From the NCBI GenBank assembly GCA_963930145.1, contig CAWVLM010000065.1:1-52246 (forward strand): a stretch of 52,246 bases of DNA, given 5' to 3'. Below the pieces are notes generated by a model. It saw nothing but the letters and a program-made list of their open reading frames with translations. It did no database searches and was not told the DNA's origin. This DNA is from Clostridia bacterium (GTDB lineage: Bacteria; Bacillota; Clostridia; Christensenellales; UBA1242). This document shows, in pieces, positions 17,936 through 25,879 of this stretch (position 1 is the first letter of the stretch; every line of letters begins with the position of its first letter). A program made the position numbers and the translations under genes.

Positions 17936-20017
17936 TTAAATATCAAGGTCATCAACAAGGGTGGCATTTTCTTCAATGAATTTGCGTCTAAGCTCGCTAT
18001 CTTCACCCATAAGGTCGTTGAAATATTTTTCAGCTTCAATGGCATCTTCCATAGTCAGCTGTATAAGAATACGGTGCTCAGGGTCCATGGTGGTCTCCCA
18101 AAGCTGGTCGGCACTCATTTCACCAAGACCTTTGTATCGTTGTTGCGGATAACCGCGGTCATTGCCGTTTGCTTTCCAAGCATTAAGCTCTTCATCAGAA
18201 TAGAAATAGTATTCTTCTTTGCCCTTTGTCACCTTATAAAGTGGTGGTTTTGCCGCATACACGTGACCATGCTCAATAAGTGGACGCATATAGCGAAAGA
18301 AGAAGGTCAGAAGAAGTATTCTAATATGAGCACCATCGACATCGGCATCGGTCATGCAGATAATCTTGTCATATCGGAGCTTATCCTCATTAAACTCGCT
18401 TCCAATGCCGCAGCCAAAGGCGGTTATCATAGATTTTATTTCGTTATTTTCAAGGATTTTATTTAATCGAGCTTTTTCTACATTTAAAATTTTGCCCCTA
18501 AGCGGCAAGATAGCTTGAAAACGTCTATCTCTACCAGTCTTAGCAGTACCACCAGCGGAATCGCCTTCTACGATGTAAATTTCGCAGAATTTACGATTTT
18601 TTTCGCTACAATCGGCAAGTTTTCCAGGCAAGGTTGTGTTTTCAAGCACACTTTTACGCCTTGTAAGCTCTCTTGCATTTCTTGCTGCGTCTCTAGCACG
18701 TTGAGCTGTGATAGATTTCATTATAAGGTTTTTGGCTTCGTTAGGGTGATTGTCGAGATAGTCACCAAACTCTTCAACCATAGCCTTATAAACGATATTT
18801 CTCATTTCACTATTACCAAGCTTGGTTTTTGTTTGACCTTCAAATTGCGGATTTCTAAGTTTAACACTTATAACTGCCGTTATGCCTTCTCGGCAATCTT
18901 CACCTGAGAGTTTTTCATTTTCTTTGATAATTTTGTTGGTAAGGGCATAGTCGTTTATAACCTTAGTAAGCCCAGCTTTAAATCCGTCAAGATGCGTTCC
19001 GCCTTCTTCGGTGTTAATGTTGTTTGCGTATGCGTTTATAACCTCGCTATAGCCGTCATTATATTGAAAACAAACCTCAATTTCGTTTTCAAGTTCGCCT
19101 TTAGAATTTCTATTGAATTTATTGAAATACACAGGTGCAGAAAGCAGTGTCTCACGGTTTTTGTTAAGATAGTCAACAAATTCAACAATTCCGCCTTTAA
19201 ATTCAAAAGTTTCCTTTCGCTCTTGACCTTCGCGTTTATCTTCAAGAGAAATCACAAGTCCTTTATTTAAAAAGGCAATTTCACGGAAGCGGTTTTTCAT
19301 GGTGTCGAAGTTGAATACTGTCGTTTCAAAAATCTCATCATCAGGCAGGAAAGTGATGGTTGTGCCGCGTCTTTCGGTTGCACCTACAATTTCAAGCGGG
19401 GTGATAACCCTTCCGCGAGAGAACTCAATTTTGTAGTGTTGTCCATTTTGATAAACGTCAGCTCTCATGTATTTTGAAAGGGCATTGACGCAGGATACAC
19501 CCACGCCGTGAAGTCCACCAGAGATTTTATAGCCTTCTCCGCCGAATTTTCCACCAGCATGAAGTTTTGTCAAAACCACTTCCACCGCACTTTTTCCTTC
19601 TTTTGGAATTATGCCCGTAGGAATACCACGACCATTATCTACAACAGAGCAAGAGCCGTCAAAGTTGATAATAACATCAATTTGAGTGCAGTAGCCAGCA
19701 AGAGCTTCGTCGATAGAGTTGTCCACAACTTCTGTTACAAGGTGATGAAGCCCATGCTCATCCGTTGAGCCGATATACATACCTGGGCGTTTTCTAACAG
19801 GCTCCAGTCCTTCAAGAACCTGAATGTCACCAGCATCGTATTTATCTGAGTGTCCTATTTCCTTACTTTCTTTGTCTGCATTCTCTTGTGCGGCAATGTT
19901 TGACTTGTCATTAGACGCATTTTCACTTAAGTTATCATTTTCATCAAGACGTTTGCTATCTTCTAAAACTTCGCCGCTGCCAGCCTTTTGCTCGTCAATA
20001 TTTTTTTCAAGACTCAT
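17936..20017 (-). CDS. gyrB: DNA gyrase subunit B with a ~55-aa acidic N-terminal extension
   Basis: IQVLEGLEPVRKRPGMYIG, the GHKL ATPase region, Toprim EGDSAGG, and PLRGKILNVE. Confidence 0.97.
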   Translation of the reverse strand: MSLEKNIDEQKAGSGEVLEDSKRLDENDNLSENASNDKSNIAAQENADKESKEIGHSDKYDAGDIQVLEGLEPVRKRPGMYIGSTDEHGLHHLVTEVVDNSIDEALAGYCTQIDVIINFDGSCSVVDNGRGIPTGIIPKEGKSAVEVVLTKLHAGGKFGGEGYKISGGLHGVGVSCVNALSKYMRADVYQNGQHYKIEFSRGRVITPLEIVGATERRGTTITFLPDDEIFETTVFNFDTMKNRFREIAFLNKGLVISLEDKREGQERKETFEFKGGIVEFVDYLNKNRETLLSAPVYFNKFNRNSKGELENEIEVCFQYNDGYSEVINAYANNINTEEGGTHLDGFKAGLTKVINDYALTNKIIKENEKLSGEDCREGITAVISVKLRNPQFEGQTKTKLGNSEMRNIVYKAMVEEFGDYLDNHPNEAKNLIMKSITAQRARDAARNARELTRRKSVLENTTLPGKLADCSEKNRKFCEIYIVEGDSAGGTAKTGRDRRFQAILPLRGKILNVEKARLNKILENNEIKSMITAFGCGIGSEFNEDKLRYDKIICMTDADVDGAHIRILLLTFFFRYMRPLIEHGHVYAAKPPLYKVTKGKEEYYFYSDEELNAWKANGNDRGYPQQRYKGLGEMSADQLWETTMDPEHRILIQLTMEDAIEAEKYFNDLMGEDSELRRKFIEENATLVDDLDI

Positions 20018-20224
20018 AATATCTCCTTAAACTAAAAAAAGAGCAATTTCACTCTATATATGTTATATATAATATATTATATATAAATATAAGGAAAAAA
20101 GCAAGTGATTTGACAAATTAGCCGTTTTTCTGAAAAAAAATAAAATGCAAATATTATCAAAGGTTGTCAAAAAACAGAATATATGTTATAATCAAACCTA
20201 GTTTTACATATTTAAGGAATAACT

Positions 20225-20836
20225 ATGGAAGAAAATAATTCAAAACCAAGTCAAGAGCTAATAAAAAATCAAAACAATAATGATGATTTAACTGAAAACT
20301 TAACCACTGAATGCACAACATCTACAGAGAGTGCAGATAGCGAAGTTCAGTCAGTCGATATACCAGCCGATATAATAGAAGAGAAGGGTGAAAACAAGCT
20401 CTCAAAGAAACAACAATTTATTCAATTTTTAAAGTTTCTTGCTTTTTCGTTGTCAGCGGGCGTTATTCAGTTGTTGTCATTTGAGCTTTTATATACTTGG
20501 ACAGCTTGCCTTGCATGGTGGCCATCATATCTTATAAGTATAATTTTGTCAGTGCTTTGGAATTTCACCTTCAATCGAAAATTTACATTCAAATCGGCAA
20601 GCAATGTCCCGCTGGCTATGACGCTAGTGCTAATATTTTATTGTGCCTTCGTGCCACTTTCAGTCTTTGGTGGCGATGCACTTGAAGGAGCGGGTTGGAA
20701 TGGCACTCTTGTCACATTTTTGATGATGGTGATAAATTTTATAACAGAATTTTTTTGGGATAAATACATTGTATTTAATGATAAGGTTATAAGCAAAATA
20801 TTAAGAAAAAATAAAAATTCAAAAATAACAAAATGA
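20225..20836 (+). CDS. GtrA-family membrane protein with an acidic N-terminal extension
   Basis: Four predicted TM segments and the WNFTFNRKFTFKS motif typical of GtrA-like proteins. Confidence 0.6.
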   Translation: MEENNSKPSQELIKNQNNNDDLTENLTTECTTSTESADSEVQSVDIPADIIEEKGENKLSKKQQFIQFLKFLAFSLSAGVIQLLSFELLYTWTACLAWWPSYLISIILSVLWNFTFNRKFTFKSASNVPLAMTLVLIFYCAFVPLSVFGGDALEGAGWNGTLVTFLMMVINFITEFFWDKYIVFNDKVISKILRKNKNSKITK

Positions 20837-20867
20837 AAAATAAGAGTAAAACGAAAAGTTTTCGCTC

Positions 20868-21428
20868 TTATTTTTTCTTATCAATAAAAGCAATATTGTT
20901 ATTTTTGAATTTCACAAGATAGTTTTGATTGATATTGATTTCGCCTTTAAAAAAGATTTTGCCTTGTTTTTGTTTTTTACTTTCAACTTCTAAATATTCA
21001 ATCTCATAGAAATTATATCCCAATATGTTCAAAAGGGGATTGATATAGAAAAGAGCGTTGTTGATATAAACTATTCCAATTAAAACAAGAATTATAATAA
21101 AAAGCACAAAGTCACAAACATAAGTCACGTCAAGCTGCAGGGCGAAAAGCACAAATAGAGAAAAATAGCCAAGAAAATGCCTGTCTGTAATATTCTCTTT
21201 TTTTAATATGATAATTTCTTTCGTCATGTCCTTGCAATGATAGATATTTATGATAAGCCCGACTATGCCAAGCACAATAAGCGTTAAGAGCAAAATAATA
21301 TTTAACGTGTTAAGCACATTGAAAGAGTGGTTATCATTTATTATATCAATGATAAGCCGAATTAAGATTAAAAAATACATCGGAACAAAGGCACTTAAAT
21401 ATAAAAATATATCTTTTATAGCATTCAT
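20868..21428 (-). CDS. integral membrane protein, unknown function
   Basis: 186-aa ORF with about four hydrophobic segments and a basic C-terminal soluble part. I recognise no motif. Confidence 0.55.
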   Translation of the reverse strand: MNAIKDIFLYLSAFVPMYFLILIRLIIDIINDNHSFNVLNTLNIILLLTLIVLGIVGLIINIYHCKDMTKEIIILKKENITDRHFLGYFSLFVLFALQLDVTYVCDFVLFIIILVLIGIVYINNALFYINPLLNILGYNFYEIEYLEVESKKQKQGKIFFKGEININQNYLVKFKNNNIAFIDKKK

Positions 21429-21505
21429 AATAATTATTTTGGTTATTTTTTAAAAATTTATTTAAAATGTTTTGTTTTATTTTATTTTTAGGTTAAAATA
21501 TAATT

Positions 21506-22174
21506 ATGATAATTCTTCCAATAATTTTAATAGGTATAGTAACGCTTGCAATGTGCGTTCTATACGCAATTTTTCAAGATGTGGGTGAATGGCAGGGATT
21601 TGTTGTAAGGTCGCTCACAGGTCTATTTTTGCTCATTTACGCGGTAATAACAATAAACTTAACGTCAACTATAAATGCCTTCTCGCTTTTCATAGCAATA
21701 GCCGCTGCTATAACAATGTTTTATGAAGGCTTGCAAACAAGCAAAATCACAAGCGTGCAGGCAAAAACTATGCTCAGCGGAATAAGCAAAGCACTTATTT
21801 ATTTGACAGCAGCATTTGGTATCATGTCACTCGCAGAATTTAACGGGCTTGCTCTAGCGGGTGGATTACTTTTAGGGCTTGGGTTAGGTCTTGTGGTGTG
21901 GATTATAAAGAAATTTAAAAGTTTATCTGATATTCTTTCAATAATCTTTATATCTGTTGCCCTTGGACTTGGCGTGATGTTCGGCATAAACAGTATTGCC
22001 ACAACAAGACATCTAGCCAGTGCAATAACAGCCGCTATAGCCATATTACTATTGCTAATAGGCGAATTTATAGTTTATTTTTTAAAGGACAGCAAAGTCA
22101 ATTCAATAGCAATCTCAGCTCTAAGAAATTTTGCTTTAATAATGCTAATAATTTCAATATATCTATTCAGTTAA
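21506..22174 (+). CDS. polytopic integral membrane protein, unknown function
   Basis: 222-aa ORF, hydrophobic throughout (about 7-8 TM segments). Confidence 0.55.
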   Translation: MIILPIILIGIVTLAMCVLYAIFQDVGEWQGFVVRSLTGLFLLIYAVITINLTSTINAFSLFIAIAAAITMFYEGLQTSKITSVQAKTMLSGISKALIYLTAAFGIMSLAEFNGLALAGGLLLGLGLGLVVWIIKKFKSLSDILSIIFISVALGLGVMFGINSIATTRHLASAITAAIAILLLLIGEFIVYFLKDSKVNSIAISALRNFALIMLIISIYLFS

Positions 22175-22325
22175 TATAAAATCTCCTATATAATAGGAGT
22201 ATTTTTTTAGAAAAGTGCAATAGAATTTTTTTGGGGTAGTTTTTAAGAAAACACCAAAAAATAAGCAAAAAAAGACCATAAGTGCGGTAGCTGACAAAAA
22301 AATCTAAAATAAATACAAAAAAGTA

Positions 22326-22354
22326 TTGACAAAACGGGCAAAAGGACATATACT
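22326..22354 (+). promoter_or_regulatory. promoter of the initiator tRNA
   Basis: TTGACA 22326-22331, 17-bp spacer, TATACT 22349-22354, about 28 nt upstream of the tRNA 5' end. Confidence 0.55.
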
Positions 22355-22382
22355 AATATTGTGCTAAAAAAGGCAAAGATAT

Positions 22383-22459
22383 CGCGGGATGGAGCAGCTC
22401 GGAAGCTCGTCGGGCTCATAACCCGAAGGTCGTTGGTTCAAATCCAACTCCCGCAACCA
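22383..22459 (+). tRNA. initiator tRNA-fMet (anticodon CAT)
   Basis: 77 nt, very close to E. coli tRNA-fMet as I recall it. It has the C1xA72 mismatch, three G-C pairs in the anticodon stem (TCGGGCTCATAACCCGA) and an encoded CCA. Confidence 0.9.
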
Positions 22460-22466
22460 TAAAAAA

Positions 22467-22496
22467 AGTTGGGCATTTTTGCCCAACTTTTTTATT
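22467..22496 (+). terminator. intrinsic terminator after tRNA-fMet
   Basis: AGTTGGGCA pairs with TGCCCAACT, followed by TTTTTT. Confidence 0.7.
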
Positions 22497-22515
22497 GCGG
22501 GAATCAACTTTAGTT

Positions 22516-22596
22516 ATGACCTTCGGGCTATATCGAAACAAAGTGAAGATATAACCTTCGTATTCGGTTGTTAGTTAATAAAAACTCCCGCAACCA
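22516..22596 (+). repeat. tRNA-fMet-derived degenerate unit 1
   Basis: ATGACCTTCGGGCTATATCGAAACAAAGTGAAGATATAACCTTCGTATTCGG...ACTCCCGCAACCA. A complement to the 3' acceptor strand (TTGCGGGA) lies at 22495-22502. Terminator-like hairpin at 22606-22630. Confidence 0.7.
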
Positions 22597-22641
22597 AAAC
22601 GAAGGTTAGACATAAGTCTAATCTTTTTTATTTATCAACAT

Positions 22642-22719
22642 TTGACCTTTGGGCTATATCGAAACAAAGTGAAGATATAACCTTCGTATTCGGTTGTTAG
22701 TTCAGCACTCCCGCAACCA
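22642..22719 (+). repeat. tRNA-fMet-derived degenerate unit 2
   Basis: Same ~50-nt core as units 1 and 3 and the same ...ACTCCCGCAACCA end. A hairpin-rich tract follows, then a terminator at 22822-22846. Confidence 0.7.
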
Positions 22720-22856
22720 AGTCGCAAACTACGCTTAGGCAAGAATTGCACACGCAATTCGTTGCGGTGTCGCTGGTTTGCTCCTTTAACCCCACAAATC
22801 TTACGATTTGCGGGGAGCCTCACGGACTTCATAAGTCCGTTTTTTATTAAAAAATT

Positions 22857-22938
22857 ATGACCTTTGGGCTATATCGAAACAAAGTGAAGATATAACCTTC
22901 GTTTTCGGTCGTTGGTTCAATAAGAACTCCCGCAACCA
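22857..22938 (+). repeat. tRNA-fMet-derived degenerate unit 3
   Basis: Its 3' half (GGTCGTTGGTTCAATAAGAACTCCCGCAACCA) and the terminator after it (AGTTGGGCGATTTACCCAATTTTTTT) parallel the genuine tRNA 3' half and its terminator. Confidence 0.7.
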
Positions 22939-23114
22939 TGAAAAAGTTGGGCGATTTACCCAATTTTTTTATATTTCTTATATTTTCTTTTAGAATGTAA
23001 ATCTTTTTTGCCATATACAAAGTAAAACTCATTTAATCTATCTTTTGGTAAAATTAGCTAAGGGTTGACAAAAATTATAAAATATTATAAAATTAAGCAT
23101 AAAGTAGGTTATAT

Positions 23115-23648
23115 ATGATATTTAAAATAGTTGACAAAGATAATTATAAGCTTGATATTGATTTGCAGGCAGAGCTATTTCCAAAGGAAAAATCACCTAA
23201 GCAGGTATATGAAGGGTTACAAACAGGAAATCCTGTCAATTATATTGTCTATAAAAATGATACGCCTATAGGTATAACGGGTTATTATTTTGATGAAAAA
23301 CTGCCTGACCACGTGTTTATAAATTGGTTTGGGGTTTTAAGTGGATATAGGTGCCAAGGATACGGACATCAAATAATTGAGTGGTTAATTAAAGAGTGTA
23401 AGAAATTTTCTGTTAAATATTTAACAACATACACTGACAAGATTGTTAATGCAGCATCTGTAAGACTGTATAAAAGTCTTGGTTTTTCTGTTCGTGATTA
23501 TGACAATCAGGAAGATATAAATAAATTTACTAGTCTAGGCGTAGAAAACAACTATGTAGCATGTTGTTTAAAGCTTAAGGACTGCGAAGATATTGAATTT
23601 CAAAAGCTTTATTTAAAAATATCTGATGATTTGCTTGATATGGAATAA
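23115..23648 (+). CDS. GNAT-family N-acetyltransferase
   Basis: Acetyl-CoA binding motif region (FGVLSGYRCQGYGHQIIEWLIKECKK); 177 aa. Confidence 0.7.
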   Translation: MIFKIVDKDNYKLDIDLQAELFPKEKSPKQVYEGLQTGNPVNYIVYKNDTPIGITGYYFDEKLPDHVFINWFGVLSGYRCQGYGHQIIEWLIKECKKFSVKYLTTYTDKIVNAASVRLYKSLGFSVRDYDNQEDINKFTSLGVENNYVACCLKLKDCEDIEFQKLYLKISDDLLDME

Positions 23649-23668
23649 TAGCACAATTTTTAAAATTA

Positions 23669-23706
23669 AAAAACTTCTATAGCGTTAAACTATAGAAGCT
23701 TTTTTG
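23669..23706. terminator. bidirectional terminator
   Basis: CTTCTATAG pairs with CTATAGAAG, flanked by A- and T-runs. It lies between convergent genes. Confidence 0.6.
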
Positions 23707-23715
23707 TTTGCAAAA

Positions 23716-25533
23716 TTATTGTAAGTTTTCGGCATAGAACATATTTTTAAATTTAACATTGTTTTCAAATAGCTCGTCAAACGTGCCAATATCTTCAATC
23801 TTTCCGCCATCAAGGAAGAATATTTTATCTACGTTACGTATTGTTGAAAGTCTGTGTGCAACTATAACAATAGTGCTTTTACCTTTCATCTGGTCAATGC
23901 TGTGTTTAATATCTTCTTGTGCAAAGTTGTCAAGCGAGCTTGTTGATTCATCAAATATGATGATAGGTGAGTTTCTAAGGAAAGCCCTAGCAATCGCAAG
24001 ACGTTGTTTTTGCCCGCCTGAAAGTTTGATGCCGCTTTCGCCAACTTTAGTATCAAGTTTTTTAGGCAGCGAATCAATAAATTCTTTTAAAGAAGCCTTT
24101 TCAATAGCCTGATAGATTTCTTCGTCAGTCGCGTCATTCTTAGCAAGAAGCAAGTTTTCCTTTATTGTCATATCAAATATGTAAGGGAATTGATTGACAA
24201 GTGAGATATTGCTTCTTAAAGATTCTTTGTCAAGGTCATTGATATTTATTCCATCAATAAGCACTTCGCCATCACTGACAACATACATTTTGCTCATCAA
24301 ATTTAAAATTGTAGACTTGCCAGAGCCCGATTTACCAACAAATGCCACAGTAGTATTAGGTTGAATTTTAAAAGAGAGATTATCAAAAATTTTATTGACA
24401 GAAAGCACCTTTTTCTTAAGTTTTAATCTGTCTTTTTTCTTTAATTTTAAGTTATTTTCGTCGTTATAAGGGTTGTCATATTCCACATAGCTATAGCCGA
24501 CATTTCTAAATTCAATTTCGCCTTTAACATTTTCTAGTTTCACATTGCCAAACTTTTCACATTCAAAGATGTCGTCATTGAATATTGAGAACATACGCTC
24601 AGAGCAAACCCTAATTTCAACAAATGTAGACGAAATTTCGCCAAATCCCCAGATAAGAGAATAGAGATTGCCGTTGTTAGAGTATATAATCATAAAGGTT
24701 GCAAGCGTGATTGTTCCAATATCAATGAAGTATACACCCAAGATAAGAATAAGCACACCAAAAACCTCAATGATGAAGTTACGTGAAGAATAGAAATTCA
24801 TGTTCACAAGGTCACGCTTTGCGTTAGCCTTTTTATAGTCAACATAATATTCTTTTGAAACCTTGCTTAAAGACTTTTCAAGCCCAAGTGCTTTGATATC
24901 TTTTTCACTTCTCACAATTTCTGTGGTTAAAGAGTGTATTTTGTCACTTTTTTGCCTTGTTATTTTTTTGTTCTTTCGTAGTGTTTTTGTTCGGAAATAT
25001 TCGATAACAGAGCACACAAGCACAATGCCAAGCAGTGCAAGCCCGATATATAGGTTGAGCGTTGCGATATAAATAACCATGATGAGCGAAGATACAATAT
25101 CAGTCAAAAGGTCAACAACGTCTGATAGGGTAGATACAATTCGCTCAGGATCATTCACAATTCTTTGCACAAAAGTGCCCGTGTCATTATCTGAATAGGT
25201 CTTCGAGTTGAGTTTAAACGCCTGTTCAGCAAGGTCAACATTCAAATCAGCCATAATTTGATTTGCATACTTGTTATATATGATGCCAGATAGATACCAA
25301 GACAGTCGTCTGGCGATGTAAAGCCCACCAACTATTGCAAGGGTAATCATAGCGTTTTGATATAAGCCTAGTGTTATTTGCTCAACAGCTCTTGCAAGCA
25401 GTATGGTCATAAGTATATTGGCAGCAGAAGCCACAATATAGACAAGTATATACATTGAAATGCCAAATTTGTAGTTCTTCAGATAGTGCCAAATATTTAT
25501 TTTATTTTTGTTTTCATTTTTAATTTTTTTCAT
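23716..25533 (-). CDS. ABC exporter, fused permease and ATP-binding protein (MsbA/type I exporter-like)
   Basis: Six N-terminal TM segments. Walker A GKSGSGKST, signature LSGGQKQR, Walker B IIIFDEST. The likely start is ATG at 25533 after GGAGG. Confidence 0.9.
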   Translation of the reverse strand: MKKIKNENKNKINIWHYLKNYKFGISMYILVYIVASAANILMTILLARAVEQITLGLYQNAMITLAIVGGLYIARRLSWYLSGIIYNKYANQIMADLNVDLAEQAFKLNSKTYSDNDTGTFVQRIVNDPERIVSTLSDVVDLLTDIVSSLIMVIYIATLNLYIGLALLGIVLVCSVIEYFRTKTLRKNKKITRQKSDKIHSLTTEIVRSEKDIKALGLEKSLSKVSKEYYVDYKKANAKRDLVNMNFYSSRNFIIEVFGVLILILGVYFIDIGTITLATFMIIYSNNGNLYSLIWGFGEISSTFVEIRVCSERMFSIFNDDIFECEKFGNVKLENVKGEIEFRNVGYSYVEYDNPYNDENNLKLKKKDRLKLKKKVLSVNKIFDNLSFKIQPNTTVAFVGKSGSGKSTILNLMSKMYVVSDGEVLIDGININDLDKESLRSNISLVNQFPYIFDMTIKENLLLAKNDATDEEIYQAIEKASLKEFIDSLPKKLDTKVGESGIKLSGGQKQRLAIARAFLRNSPIIIFDESTSSLDNFAQEDIKHSIDQMKGKSTIVIVAHRLSTIRNVDKIFFLDGGKIEDIGTFDELFENNVKFKNMFYAENLQ

Positions 25534-25837
25534 AAAAAACCTCCGTATTATAGTTTGCATGCGAAGGCTTTTATTTTTGAAGCGATTTTTGAAATTATGC
25601 TATCAAACAAGAACCATTCGCATGGCTAACATTATCATTGAATTTGTTTGTATAAACTAGAATATTCCTTATTATCATGTGAATAGTTCTCCTTTTGTTA
25701 AAATATTTTTTTTCAATCGACGGTTTAATAATAAAACATTTTTATGATGCTGTCAATACTTTTTTTTAAAAAAATATAAAAAATTTAAAAGATATAATTT
25801 TTATTTTAATTTAATATAAAAAATTCATTATTTTTAA

Positions 25838-25870
25838 AACAAAAAAGAAAAGACAAAAAATTATCTTTTC
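25838..25870 (-). terminator. intrinsic terminator of metG
   Basis: GAAAAGA pairs with TCTTTTC, with a T-run on the minus strand. Confidence 0.5.
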
Positions 25871-25879
25871 ATTTGAATT

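Noticed and set aside
22495-22970. Possible CRISPR array (three repeats with intervening sequence)
   Set aside because: The repeat units are ~80 nt and tRNA-derived, with irregular spacing (126 and 215 nt). The intervening segments contain terminators, and there are no cas genes.
22635-23032. Two minus-strand ORFs (22635..22832 and 22847..23032) with similar C-termini (..EGYIFTLFRYSPKV..)
   Set aside because: The shared peptide is just the reverse translation of the repeated tRNA-derived core. There is no RBS, and the ORFs span terminator hairpins.
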